Origin: Opitutaceae bacterium
Lineage (GTDB): Bacteria; Verrucomicrobiota; Verrucomicrobiia; Opitutales; Opitutaceae
NCBI GenBank assembly: GCA_031411015.1
Contig: JANOAF010000636.1
Coordinates: forward strand, 1 to 61,233
Length of the DNA: 61,233 nt
Direction of reading: 5' to 3'
Numbering within the stretch: the first letter of the stretch is position 1; each line of letters begins with the position of its first letter. Made by a program: the position numbers and the translations under genes. Of the stretch, positions 36,880 through 47,075 are shown piece after piece. Below the pieces are notes generated by a model. It searched no databases and had not been told where the DNA came from. It worked only from the letters and a program-made list of their open reading frames with translations.

Positions 36880-39876
36880 CTAGAATCTCGCGCGCACGCC
36901 GGTGACGAAGCCGACGCCTTGGTTCGTCTTGAAGAACTTCAGGCCGTTGAGCGCGACATCGGTGCGCGGCGACTCGTCGGTGATGTTCGTGGCATCAAGG
37001 AAAAGGTCGTAGCGCCGGTTGACCGAGTATTGCAGCTTCACGTCGAGGATGAGGCGCTCCTCGTTGTAGACATCGATCGGAGCCGTGGTGCTCTTGTATT
37101 TCTGCGCGGTCCAGTTGCCGAGGAAGCGCACGTCGAGGCCGCGGTAGCGCCATGTCAGTCCGGCGTTGCCGCTGCGGGGCGCGAGCTGGCCGAGTCTCGT
37201 CGTGGTAACGGTGGTGCCGAAATTTCCCTTGGCGTCGAGGTAGGTGAAGTTGGCAAAGGCGCCGAGCCCCTTGAGCGCGCCCGGCAAAAAACTGAACTGT
37301 TGCTGCCAGCTCGTCTCGATGCCGTTCACGCGCGCATCGCCGATGTTGCGCGTGGTCGAGAGCGTGTAGCCGGCATAGAGGCCGCTGCCGTCGAGGCCAC
37401 CGGCCGGCACCGTCGAAGCAAAGGTCGCAAAGTAATTGGAGATGTCCTTGCGGAAAACGCCGACGCTGAGCTGACCGACCGGCTCGAAATATTTCTCGAT
37501 ACTGATCTCGTAGTTGTTGGTCAGATAGGGCTTCAGGTCGGGGTTGCCCATCGAGACGGTGTTCGTCTCGTTGTTTTCCGTGACGCTCGGCGTGATGTTG
37601 GCGATGGGCGGGCGGGAGATGGCGCGATTGTAACTGCCCCGCACGAGAAGATCCGGCGCGAGTTCATAGACGAGATGGACACCGGGGAAAAAATTCTGGT
37701 AGTCGCCGTAGGCGGTGTTGCGACGGACAAAGGAGCGTTGCGCACGCGCAAGATTCGCCGCGACGACAGCGGGATCGAGACTGGTGCCGCCGACACTGTT
37801 GCCGCCCCAGGTCGCGGTGGTGTTCCGCGCCCAAGCCGTGCCCTTGGTCTGCGTGCGCTCGACGCGCACGCCGGTGAGGAGTCGGAACCGCCCGATTTTC
37901 GCGGAGCCCTGCAAGTAGGCCGCGCGGATCGTTTCCTGAAAGCGGGCGTTGCTGGCGTTGGACGTGGCATAGCTGTTGTAAGCGTCGGCGGCGGTTTGCT
38001 TCCAATAGCCGGAAGGGGCGCCCTGCGGATTGGTCATGAAGGGAAACGGGCCGTAGCCTCCGTCGCCCTGCTTGTAGACAAGATTGGCGTAGGGCGCCAT
38101 CGAGTCGTCGGCCGAATTGATCACTCCGTCCGCACCGGCAAAGGTGTAGGTGCCAAAGGTGGTGTAGGGCACGCGAGTGTCGTCATCCCACTTGGCGCCG
38201 CCCTTGAGCGTGAACGGAACCGAACCGGCAAACTTCTTCGTCACGTCCGCCCGCACACCGTAGATGTCATCCGGCGCGCGATAGGACTGCTTTTGCATGA
38301 AGTTCATCGTATAGCTCGCGGGGTCGTAAATCGAAGGACCCGCCGTCTGCTTGAACATCGGATACCACGCATCCCGCCCCCGCCGATCGATCTCGAAACC
38401 GATGCCAGTCGCGGAGGTGGTGCGGGCCTGCGCCCGAATCCAGCCGGGGTAGGAAATGTTGGCATGCGACCACGAGGAGCGGAGCTCCACAGTGGTGGAG
38501 CGATCGAACAACTTGAACTGCGCACCTCCGCGCAGGGAAAAGTTCCTGGAATTTTTGAAAAACGCCGGCGTGGACTCGCTGATCGCGACCGACGCGGCGT
38601 GCGGGAGCAAAAACGAATGCTCGTAGGTGCTGTCCGCAGAGAAATTGGCGGCGGTGGCGGTGGGGTTACCGATACCGGGGCGGTAGTATCGCTGGTATTG
38701 GTCGTTGGAGTTGAGGGCACCGTTGAAATACACGAAGGCGTCGGGCGAGAGTCTGTAATCGACGCTGAGGCCGACGTTGCGCGCGACGGCCTTGTAGCCG
38801 ATGTCACCGGTGCCAAAGAGCCGCGTGAGGGGGTTGGCCGAAGTGGGGTTGAGGTAGGTCTGCGCAAAATTATAGAGCACGCCGCCGGGCCCGATCTCGT
38901 CCTGCGTCGTAGCCGAGACGCGCCGGTTGAAATTGAGCGAGATGCCAAGGTTCTTATCCGCACCCAACACACCGAAGACATCGGAGTAACCCACGTTGAA
39001 AATATCGAGACCGTCGGCCCGATCCTGAAAGGGACTGCCGCTAAAGCCGCGGTGGCGCCACGCGACACCCGCCGTCGCCGTGATTCGCCGGCCCGGAAGA
39101 TCGAAGGCGCGGCGCGAAACGAGGTTCACGAAGCCCGCGACGGCATTGGCATCCTGCTCGGGACGCGGCGCCTTGATGAGTTCGACCGATTCAAGATTAC
39201 CCGTGCCGAGCTGCTCGATCTGATAGTCACGCGCCGAACTGGTGCCAGTGGAGCTGGCCATGCGATCCCCATCCACGAGCAGCGCCGAAAACCCCGTGCC
39301 CATGCCGCGAACGTAGAGCGTGCGGACCTCGCTCCCGACGATGTCGGTCGCGATCCCAGGCAGGCGCTGGATGAGTTCGCCGGGATTCGCCGCGGGATTT
39401 CCAAACGTGTCGGTGGCGGCGACCCATTTCGCGTTATCCGACAACCGCTGCGCTTGAATCGCCAGCGCGCTGCCCTCCCGCACTCCGGCAACGGTAAACG
39501 CATCCATCTTGTAAGCCGAAGACGTAAGTTCGATGTTACGCACGGTATTTTGGCCGGCTATCACCGACACGGAAACTTGGGCCGGGTCCAAACCGGCAAA
39601 GCTCACCGACAACAAATGGGTGCCGGCCGGCAGCGACAGAGAATACGCCCCTCCACGCTCGCTCACCGCGACCGTATTTTTCCCGACCAGCTGTATCTGT
39701 GCGCCCGGCAGGAGATCACCGGTGGCCAAGTTTGAGATCAGGCCCGAGATGGTGCCGGACTCCGCCCCGATGGCGGGAGTAATCGCGCCTGCCGTCAAGC
39801 AGAGGAACGCAACGTTTCTGCGCCAAATCCGCGCGCACCCTGCGCCGGCGAGCCTGCTTAGTGTCGATAAGTTCAT
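36880..39876 (-). CDS. TonB-dependent receptor with N-terminal carboxypeptidase-regulatory-like domain
   Basis: GTISG.I.N, ESVELIKAPRPEQDANAVAG.VNL, GNPDLKPY, EKYFEPVG; C-terminal Phe. Confidence 0.93.
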   Translation of the reverse strand: MNLSTLSRLAGAGCARIWRRNVAFLCLTAGAITPAIGAESGTISGLISNLATGDLLPGAQIQLVGKNTVAVSERGGAYSLSLPAGTHLLSVSFAGLDPAQVSVSVIAGQNTVRNIELTSSAYKMDAFTVAGVREGSALAIQAQRLSDNAKWVAATDTFGNPAANPGELIQRLPGIATDIVGSEVRTLYVRGMGTGFSALLVDGDRMASSTGTSSARDYQIEQLGTGNLESVELIKAPRPEQDANAVAGFVNLVSRRAFDLPGRRITATAGVAWRHRGFSGSPFQDRADGLDIFNVGYSDVFGVLGADKNLGISLNFNRRVSATTQDEIGPGGVLYNFAQTYLNPTSANPLTRLFGTGDIGYKAVARNVGLSVDYRLSPDAFVYFNGALNSNDQYQRYYRPGIGNPTATAANFSADSTYEHSFLLPHAASVAISESTPAFFKNSRNFSLRGGAQFKLFDRSTTVELRSSWSHANISYPGWIRAQARTTSATGIGFEIDRRGRDAWYPMFKQTAGPSIYDPASYTMNFMQKQSYRAPDDIYGVRADVTKKFAGSVPFTLKGGAKWDDDTRVPYTTFGTYTFAGADGVINSADDSMAPYANLVYKQGDGGYGPFPFMTNPQGAPSGYWKQTAADAYNSYATSNASNARFQETIRAAYLQGSAKIGRFRLLTGVRVERTQTKGTAWARNTTATWGGNSVGGTSLDPAVVAANLARAQRSFVRRNTAYGDYQNFFPGVHLVYELAPDLLVRGSYNRAISRPPIANITPSVTENNETNTVSMGNPDLKPYLTNNYEISIEKYFEPVGQLSVGVFRKDISNYFATFASTVPAGGLDGSGLYAGYTLSTTRNIGDARVNGIETSWQQQFSFLPGALKGLGAFANFTYLDAKGNFGTTVTTTRLGQLAPRSGNAGLTWRYRGLDVRFLGNWTAQKYKSTTAPIDVYNEERLILDVKLQYSVNRRYDLFLDATNITDESPRTDVALNGLKFFKTNQGVGFVTGVRARF

Positions 39877-39936
39877 GGGATAGTCAGCCAATACGATTAA
39901 AACTTCCTCTCAATATCCATGCGGGGCCTGGCCCCG

Positions 39937-39970
39937 CCCTGTTTCGTAACCGACAAGTTACTTAACAGGG
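39937..39970. promoter_or_regulatory. Inverted-repeat element with core GTAACCGACAAGTTAC upstream of TBDR 36880-39876
   Basis: CCCTGTT-TC-GTAAC-CGACAA-GTTAC-TT-AACAGGG; the core (39946-39961) recurs at 54513. Confidence 0.65.
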
Positions 39971-40114
39971 AGGCGTGACAAGCAAAATCCCCGCTCGATG
40001 CACATTTCGGCCACCGTCAGTCCCCACTCGGTCCGCCGTCGTGATGCGGTCATAACGCTCGCGGAAAGGCGGACGCCGTCGTCGCCCGCCCCCGGTCCGG
40101 CCGGAGGTCCAACC

Positions 40115-41482
40115 CTAGGTTGAAAAGTGCCGCGCAACCTTGCGCACCGCCGCCCCAATTTCCCGCATCAAAGTCTCGTCCATCGACTCGTTGAGGGTGC
40201 ACTGCACGCCGCTGGAGAGGATCGCCTCGGCCTCGGGGCAGGTCACTTTCGTGTAATCCATCGTCGTCAGCCCCAGTTCCTTGATCGGCCAGCGGCCCGC
40301 GAAGAATCCGTGCTGCTGGAAATACGGCAGCTTGTAGACGGGCACCGGAATGTAGCCGGCTGAACACGGCGCCCCCTCCGCCCGTAACGCCTCGGCAAAC
40401 TCCGCGCGCGAACAGCGCAGGCGATCGAGCCGCAGGCGAAAATAGTAGAACCAAAACGTGCTCCGATCTGCCGCGTCGATTCTAGGCGGCATGACGGCGG
40501 TAATTCCCTCCAGCTCGCGCGTCAACGTGGTGCCCAGCATTGACCGCTTTACGGCAATTGCCTCCAAGCGCTGGAGCTGCACCGCGGCAAATCCCGCCTG
40601 CAGCTCGCTCATGCGGTAGTTGGAGGCCAGGACGGCTGTCCTGTCCCAAGTGTAACCGGCCGATGCGCGATCGTTACCCTTGTCCGAAAATTTGAGCAGC
40701 GCCGGCCCGATCCGCGGGTCACTCGAGGCCACGACCCCGCCGTCGCCCGCGCTGATATGTTTGGAATTCATCAGCGAAAAGCACGCCACGTGTCCGACCG
40801 TGCCCACCGGCCGGCCCCGATACTTCGAGCCCCACGCCTGCGCGCAGTCTTCGATCAAGATGAGCCTATGCCGATCGGCCAACGCGCGCAGCGGCGCGAG
40901 GTCGCATGGCGTTCCCGCGAGATGCACCGCAATGATCGCCTTGGTGCGTGGTGTAATCGCCCGCTCGACCGCATTCACATCGAGATTGTAAGTGTCCGCC
41001 CCAAGGTCCGCGAAGACCGGCACGCCCTGTTGAAACAACACTCCCGTGACTGTGCCAATATCGGTTATCGGCGTGGTGATCACCTCGTCGCCGGGCCCAA
41101 TCCCCGCCGCGGCCACGGCGATATGCACGGCTGCAGTGCCCGAAGAGCAGGTGACCACATGCTCGCGGGGACACACCTGCTTAAATCGCTCAATAAAGAG
41201 CGCCGTCTGCTTGTTGGCTGCACGGCCCTGCCAATAAAAGAGCGAGGGTTGATCGATCGCCGCTCCGAGCTGCTCTTTCTCCCTTTGATCCCAGCGCACC
41301 CAAGCTCCGGCTTTTGCGCGAACCGACTTCGGACCGCCATCTTTCGCCAATTTCTCCGGCGCAATTTCGGCTGCGCGAAGCGGCGAGGCCAAACCGGCGG
41401 CCACAACTGCCGCCGATTGGGCTGCAATAAACGCGCGGCGCGTCATCGGGGAAGCCGCGTGGTTAGTAACCGTTTGGTTCAT
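40115..41482 (-). CDS. DegT/DnrJ/EryC1/StrS PLP aminotransferase with Tat-like signal
   Basis: SSGTAA.H, IEDCAQAWG, FSLMNSKHI (PLP Lys) and NYRMSELQ motifs; N-terminal TRRAFI...PLRA. Confidence 0.92.
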   Translation of the reverse strand: MNQTVTNHAASPMTRRAFIAAQSAAVVAAGLASPLRAAEIAPEKLAKDGGPKSVRAKAGAWVRWDQREKEQLGAAIDQPSLFYWQGRAANKQTALFIERFKQVCPREHVVTCSSGTAAVHIAVAAAGIGPGDEVITTPITDIGTVTGVLFQQGVPVFADLGADTYNLDVNAVERAITPRTKAIIAVHLAGTPCDLAPLRALADRHRLILIEDCAQAWGSKYRGRPVGTVGHVACFSLMNSKHISAGDGGVVASSDPRIGPALLKFSDKGNDRASAGYTWDRTAVLASNYRMSELQAGFAAVQLQRLEAIAVKRSMLGTTLTRELEGITAVMPPRIDAADRSTFWFYYFRLRLDRLRCSRAEFAEALRAEGAPCSAGYIPVPVYKLPYFQQHGFFAGRWPIKELGLTTMDYTKVTCPEAEAILSSGVQCTLNESMDETLMREIGAAVRKVARHFST

Positions 41483-41557
41483 TAGGGCAGCCTGCGCGAA
41501 CGCGGCCGGCGCTGTAAAGCGTCGAAACGGTTTTCGCGGGACGCGGCGAGTCTGGCG

Positions 41558-42979
41558 TCAGTAGGCCGTCGGCGGGGGGCGCACGATTTGCCCAAGCGTC
41601 CGCGCGGTGATCTGCAAATCGAGCCACATCGACCAGTGGCCGATGTAGTAAACGTCCCAGTGCACGCGGCGACGCAGCATTTCCTGCTCAAGAATTTCGC
41701 CGCGATAGCCGAGGCTCTGCGCGAGCCCAGTGATGCCGGGTTTCACGAGGTGCCGCGCGCGGTAGCCGCGCGTCTGCCGGCGAAATTCCTCGTCGAGCAG
41801 CGGCATGTAGGGCCGAGGGCCCACGACGCTCATGTCACCACGCAGGACATTCCAGAACTGCGGGAACTCATCGAGACTGCGCCGCCGCAGAAAACGCCCG
41901 AATGGGAAAATTCGCTCATCCTCCGACTGAGCCTGTTGCGATTCCGCCGCCGCGTCCTCGTTACTCATGCGCATCGAGCGGAATTTAAGCATGCGGAAAA
42001 CCTCACTCTGCTGGCCACGGCGCTCACGCACGTGAAACAGCGGACCCGGTGCCTGCCAGCGTTGGACCAACCAAACCCACGCGCAGAGCGGCGGCAGAAT
42101 CAACCCGACCACCGGCACCGACACCACGAGATCGAATATCCGTTTCCCGATCCGATTGAGCGGATCTTCGAGGGGTTCCTCCTGCAGCGTGTAGAAATGC
42201 CGGCCCTCCTCGACGGTTGGCACGAGCGGATGCGTGTAGCGGTCCGCGAGATTGTTGTGGATGAGCAGCCGGCAGCCCTGATCCTGACACAGGTCGATAA
42301 TCGCGCGTGCTTCAGCATCGCTGGCAGGCAAACCGAGCAACACCACCTGCCCCACCGCCCGCTCAGTCAGCACGCGGGGCAACTCCGCGACCCGGCCCAG
42401 CACCGGCACCATCGGCGACGACGAACCCGCCGCCGCCTCATCATCGGAGAGCACGCCGACCGGAAAAATCCCCAGCGGCTCCGTGTGCGCGATCCAGTCC
42501 TTCAATTGCGAAAACGAACTCACCGAGCCGATGAAAAGCGTCGGCAACTGGCTGCCGCGCTGAAACACGAGTCGCGCCAGCATCCGTGGGAGCCACGCGT
42601 TGAGCGCCGCGAGCCCAAACCACGACCACACTAAAAGCGTGCCGAGAAACAGCCGGCTGATACTTCGGTCCTGCGTGGCAAACATCATGGTAAACGTGAG
42701 CACCGCCATCAGTCCGACCTGCTTGCCCGCCAGCCGGGCCGCCTCCCCAAGATCCGGCCGGTGAAAACGCGCCGCCACCCGCCGGAGATCACGGGCGGCG
42801 AGCGCCATGCCCCCCACCATGCAGAAAAAATACGGCAGCAGATTAACCTGTCGCGTCAGGTGCACCACCGGCACAAAGCGCAAAATGAACTCCGCGTAGC
42901 TCCAGAAGAAAACCGCCACGCACAACGTGGCCACCCCCGCATGGAGGTTGGCGAGTCCGCGCGCGCGCGTGTTAATCAT
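41558..42979 (-). CDS. Polyprenyl-phosphate glycosylphosphotransferase (WcaJ/WbaP-like)
   Basis: Four N-terminal TMs; KRIFD, KFRSM, SLDEFPQ.WNVL.GDMSVVGPRP and KPGITG motifs. Confidence 0.93.
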   Translation of the reverse strand: MINTRARGLANLHAGVATLCVAVFFWSYAEFILRFVPVVHLTRQVNLLPYFFCMVGGMALAARDLRRVAARFHRPDLGEAARLAGKQVGLMAVLTFTMMFATQDRSISRLFLGTLLVWSWFGLAALNAWLPRMLARLVFQRGSQLPTLFIGSVSSFSQLKDWIAHTEPLGIFPVGVLSDDEAAAGSSSPMVPVLGRVAELPRVLTERAVGQVVLLGLPASDAEARAIIDLCQDQGCRLLIHNNLADRYTHPLVPTVEEGRHFYTLQEEPLEDPLNRIGKRIFDLVVSVPVVGLILPPLCAWVWLVQRWQAPGPLFHVRERRGQQSEVFRMLKFRSMRMSNEDAAAESQQAQSEDERIFPFGRFLRRRSLDEFPQFWNVLRGDMSVVGPRPYMPLLDEEFRRQTRGYRARHLVKPGITGLAQSLGYRGEILEQEMLRRRVHWDVYYIGHWSMWLDLQITARTLGQIVRPPPTAY

Positions 42980-43068
42980 GCGCGCCGGATATGCCCGGCC
43001 CGCGCCCGCCGTGCAAGCCAAGCGCCGACCAACGATTCCGCCTGATGGGAGGTCTGCACGCTGGCGGC

Positions 43069-44235
43069 CTACGGCTTGAGGAAATGCTCAAGAAACTGAA
43101 ACGCCTGCGCGTTGGACTCTGCGGTCGGCGAATGCGCGGGCCGATTCGTCATCGCCACGCGGTCTTGGAAACCTAGCAGGCGATTGACGGCAACGGCGTG
43201 ATTGAGCGCTGGCCACCGGTCCGGTCCGTCCTCTGACCCACCGGAAACAAAAAAGGGCCGCGGTGCCATCAGCGCGTGCAGTTCGTGTAAGTCGTGGCCG
43301 GTCTCGAAAATTATTTTGTAGGCACCGGAGCGCGGATTCTGCGCGGTCACGAGTCCAGGCCCGCGCGCCGGCTTCGTTATATCGAGCCCGAGATACCACG
43401 GTTCCCAATAGTTCACCGCCTTGCGCGTCTCGTCGAAAACCACCCCGCCATCGGACCACACCGCGCACGCAAATTTCTCGTAGAGACAAGACGCGAACAT
43501 CGCCCACTTGCCGCCATACGAATGACCCATCACGCCAATACGCGTCGAATCCACCTCGGGGCGCTGCGCGAGCACCGTGTGGCAGTTGGCCGCGATGTAG
43601 GCGAGATAGCTCAACGGCTGACACTTCGCCCCACTTTGCAACGGACGGTAGGCGTCGTCGCCCGGCGTCCCAATCGAGAGCGTTACAAATCCCCGTCGCG
43701 CCAGCTGCAACGCGAAGTCGCGCCCCTGCCCGCGCTCGCCGGTCGTCAGCATCTTTTTCGCCTGCCCCTCAAGCGGACGCGGCCCCGCATACGCCACGCT
43801 CACTTCCGGCGCGTAGAAAACAACCAGCACGGCGGGCCGCGGTTTCGCTCCCGCTGGCACCAACAGATAGCCGTGTTGCATCACGCCCGGCGCCACCTCG
43901 ATCTCGACGCGGTGCTGCGTCACGCCCTGACCGCGATCCTGCCGCTCGGAGAGTTCCACTTTCGGCCGCGCCAGCAATTCCGGCCAAGGCCCCATCTGTT
44001 TGTGCCAATACGCCAGAATCTCCGCGCGGCGTTCCGGCCAATCAGCGGCCCGGGAAACCGTTCTGCCATTCTCAAATCTGAGCGGCGAGGTGTGGGCACT
44101 CGGCTTGCCCGCGAATTCCGCTGGCGGCGTAAAGAACGGACGCAAGGCGGCCGGAACGTCCGCCGCGGCCAGCATCAAGCTGGCGGCAAATCCGCTCCCC
44201 GCGCCCAATTTCGTCAGTCGCCACCAACCACTCAT
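43069..44235 (-). CDS. Secreted alpha/beta hydrolase (esterase-like)
   Basis: RIGVMGHSYGG nucleophile elbow and HELHALMAPRP; ATGA overlap with upstream gene. Confidence 0.85.
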   Translation of the reverse strand: MSGWWRLTKLGAGSGFAASLMLAAADVPAALRPFFTPPAEFAGKPSAHTSPLRFENGRTVSRAADWPERRAEILAYWHKQMGPWPELLARPKVELSERQDRGQGVTQHRVEIEVAPGVMQHGYLLVPAGAKPRPAVLVVFYAPEVSVAYAGPRPLEGQAKKMLTTGERGQGRDFALQLARRGFVTLSIGTPGDDAYRPLQSGAKCQPLSYLAYIAANCHTVLAQRPEVDSTRIGVMGHSYGGKWAMFASCLYEKFACAVWSDGGVVFDETRKAVNYWEPWYLGLDITKPARGPGLVTAQNPRSGAYKIIFETGHDLHELHALMAPRPFFVSGGSEDGPDRWPALNHAVAVNRLLGFQDRVAMTNRPAHSPTAESNAQAFQFLEHFLKP

Positions 44236-45599
44236 CGCCGCGTTGGGTTCACGAGCGGTTGCGTCCAAGCCGTTTCAACTTCTCCCGCCACGCTGCCGTT
44301 TTCCTTCGGCTTCGATGAAACGATCTTGGCGCGGACATAGATTTCGTCGCCCTTCAAAACGTAGTTCGCGCTCACGCCTTTCACTTCGGCGAGCACCGCG
44401 CCGATCTCTCTGCTGTAGCGGCGATGCGGCAGCGTGCGGCGCGGTTGCTTCTCCGTGGCGGGCTGCGGCATCAACTCACTCGCGCGATCAAAGCCGCGGC
44501 GCGTGCCAATAAACTGCGTGGTATAAGTGACGCCGGGTTCGGCCTGAATCGCGATCGAAAGCCGATCGGATCCGCGCTGCACGTCGGAGAGCGTCACACC
44601 GGAGCTCGCGTAGAAATCACCCGCCTCCATGGCGCGCACGATTGACTCGGCGGTGAGATGACGCGCTCGCACCATCACCCACCCGCGGCCGGTGTTACTC
44701 TTGCCAAGGCCAATGTTGTGGTAGTGGTGCGAGTCGTCGGTGCCGACGCCAAACACCGCGTCGAGCTTCAATTCTGTCAGCCGAAATGCCAGCAGCGCGT
44801 CCCACATTGAGTCCATGCTGAGCCGCGTGGCATCGCCGTTGTTCTCCACGCCGGGATGGCCGTTATAGACTTCAAAAAATTTCTCCCCTTTCACCGCCAT
44901 CAACTCCTCCGCGGTGATGCCCCAGCGAAAATTCGGGTGATTGATATGCACAAACATCGGCTGCCCCGTGCGCGTGCGCTGCTCCGCCACCGCATCGACG
45001 GTGCGCTGCATGATCTCGATCGCGTTCGTCGCGTTGTGCGGCTTCACGAGCTCGCGGGCGTTCGTCAGGTTGATATGCACCGGCCCGCTCCGCTCGAGTT
45101 CGGTCGCCGTCTTGGGTCGCGTCCAAGTGGCGGTAATCTCCTCACTCGGGATCATCAGGAAACGGCCGGGCTCCTCCAGCAACGAACGGTATTCCGCGAG
45201 CGGTTTGAGCCGCACGTTGCGCTTGCCGCCCTCCTCACTCAGCTCGACCCAGTCCGGACCGAAGCGGCGCAAATATTTTTCCAGCACCGGACCGCCGCCA
45301 CGCTGCTGGACGTTGCCACCGACCGACACCGGTGCCTTCAACTCAAACCACTTTGTGCCTTCCTGGAGGACGTTGTGATCCGAGATGGCGAGAAACTGAT
45401 AGCCACTGCGCCTATACCAATCGGCAATCATCTCCGGATAGTCGTCACCGTCGCTCCAAAGTGAATGCGTGTGCAGGTTACCCTTGAACCAGCGGGGAGC
45501 GATCGCGTCTGGCTCGGCGGCGCGGGTCGGTGACACAACCAAGAGCGCGACGAAGGCGGCACTCGCGGCCGCGATTAGAAACCGGGGAATCAGTTGCAT
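44232..45599 (-). CDS. PHP-domain metallohydrolase (CehA/McbA-like), secreted
   Basis: KGNLHTHS.WSDG, SDHN, INHP, EVYNG and GTDDSHH motifs. Confidence 0.87.
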   Translation of the reverse strand: MQLIPRFLIAAASAAFVALLVVSPTRAAEPDAIAPRWFKGNLHTHSLWSDGDDYPEMIADWYRRSGYQFLAISDHNVLQEGTKWFELKAPVSVGGNVQQRGGGPVLEKYLRRFGPDWVELSEEGGKRNVRLKPLAEYRSLLEEPGRFLMIPSEEITATWTRPKTATELERSGPVHINLTNARELVKPHNATNAIEIMQRTVDAVAEQRTRTGQPMFVHINHPNFRWGITAEELMAVKGEKFFEVYNGHPGVENNGDATRLSMDSMWDALLAFRLTELKLDAVFGVGTDDSHHYHNIGLGKSNTGRGWVMVRARHLTAESIVRAMEAGDFYASSGVTLSDVQRGSDRLSIAIQAEPGVTYTTQFIGTRRGFDRASELMPQPATEKQPRRTLPHRRYSREIGAVLAEVKGVSANYVLKGDEIYVRAKIVSSKPKENGSVAGEVETAWTQPLVNPTRR

Positions 45600-45686
45600 G
45601 GGGAGAACGGGAGAATTTGAAGCGGGCGCCGAATTGACAACTCACTTTCCCCGGATCGTCGCAACGATTTCGCGCCACCGAAAGAG

Positions 45687-47075
45687 CTACGCCAACAATC
45701 GCGTCATGGCCGCCACGAGGAGATCTTCCGTGGCCGGCGCACAAAACGCATGCTCAACCTCGTAACCGCCGCCGGGAAATTCGAGACGCGTGGGCAGATA
45801 CCACGGGCCCCCGTCACCATATGCCGCCGTTGCAACCACATGACCGGGTCGCAGCGACTGGGCGCGCAGCTGGTATTCGACAAACGGCTCCGCCGGCAGG
45901 TGCAATAGCGTCGTGTCGTTCAGGCGCAGCGCATTCAGCGGCACTGGCAGATTTCGCTCGCAGCGTCGCAGCAGCGCCAGCTTGAACGCCGGGCGCATGC
46001 GCAACACCGCCGCCGCCGGCTTCGTCGCGATCAAGCGCTCAAGCGCCTCGACCGAACCGAGGGCGGGATGCGGGGTCGGAAAAATTTCGGTCGAGCGCCA
46101 CGAAATCTCCGCCAGCGGTTCGGGTCGCAAGTTTTCCTCCGAGGCAACCAAGCCCCGATAAATCCGCTCCGTCAGACGCACCCGCGCCGCGGGCGAGCCG
46201 TCATTGTATTTTCCGGCCGCGATATTTCCGGCACAGCCAGTGAAATAAATGTGCGCGCACTCGGGCTCATCCTGCTGACGTCGCTTGCGGGCGAGACCGC
46301 AGAAATCCGCGGTCACGCGCCCATCGCCATAGAAACTCATGGGATGAGTCGCGTAGTAGTGGCACGACACGACCTTCTTTCCGCCATCGAAAAAGGCCAC
46401 GGTTCGCAACACCGGGTCGATCAGACCCTCGGGCAGTGCGATGAGTTCGGCGTCGGTGCAGGAGCTGCCCCGCATCTTGGTCACGCTGCCATCAGCCGCG
46501 CGGGCCATGCGGCGGTTGGAGGCCACCGCGTCAACCCGCGCGCTGCCATGCGCGATTTGGGTTACGGGTCGGGCCCGCCGTAGTGCCGTCGTGATCGCCA
46601 CGCGCGCCCCGTCAAGACAGCGACGGTGAAAGTCCCGCTCGAACACCCGCGGCAGATCCGGCTGCGCGCTTAACAGGCGCTCGGCGTCGAAGCAGACAAA
46701 CGGCGCATTGTGCTGATGCACGCACTGCACCGCCACCCGTTCCGGGGTGGTCCCGGCCGCTTCGGCGAGCGCGGCGCGCCACGCCACATGCGCCTCGTTG
46801 AGGATTCCCGTCCAGTCCACCGCGCAAATCACAATAGGCGCACCCGCGCCCAGCAGGACAAAGCCGATGGCCTCCAACGGATCGTCGACCGTGACCACCG
46901 GCTTGATCCAACCGCCGCAGAGCGAATGACCCGTCGGCGGGGTGACATCGAAACGGAAGGGCGCGATGTGCATGGCGGGGGACGAAGCGGCCGCACGCAC
47001 GTGCGGGGCGAGAAGCGTCGCGCCTCCAGTGAGCGCGGAGTTCTTCAGAAATTCTCGGCGCGTGCTTTCGTTCAC
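45687..47075 (-). CDS. Neutral/alkaline ceramidase N-terminal-like hydrolase, Tat signal
   Basis: TRREFLK; HQHNAP, YATHP, GCAGNI and LPAEPF motifs; GTGA overlap with upstream gene. Confidence 0.78.
   Translation of the reverse strand: MNESTRREFLKNSALTGGATLLAPHVRAAASSPAMHIAPFRFDVTPPTGHSLCGGWIKPVVTVDDPLEAIGFVLLGAGAPIVICAVDWTGILNEAHVAWRAALAEAAGTTPERVAVQCVHQHNAPFVCFDAERLLSAQPDLPRVFERDFHRRCLDGARVAITTALRRARPVTQIAHGSARVDAVASNRRMARAADGSVTKMRGSSCTDAELIALPEGLIDPVLRTVAFFDGGKKVVSCHYYATHPMSFYGDGRVTADFCGLARKRRQQDEPECAHIYFTGCAGNIAAGKYNDGSPAARVRLTERIYRGLVASEENLRPEPLAEISWRSTEIFPTPHPALGSVEALERLIATKPAAAVLRMRPAFKLALLRRCERNLPVPLNALRLNDTTLLHLPAEPFVEYQLRAQSLRPGHVVATAAYGDGGPWYLPTRLEFPGGGYEVEHAFCAPATEDLLVAAMTRLLA

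Noticed and set aside
36622-39735. 1037-aa plus-strand ORF
   Set aside because: Antisense shadow of the TBDR. Strong GC3 bias removes stops on the opposite strand, and it has no family motifs.
45634-45639. TTGACA -35-like hexamer
   Set aside because: It lies on the strand opposite the flanking genes and has no convincing -10.
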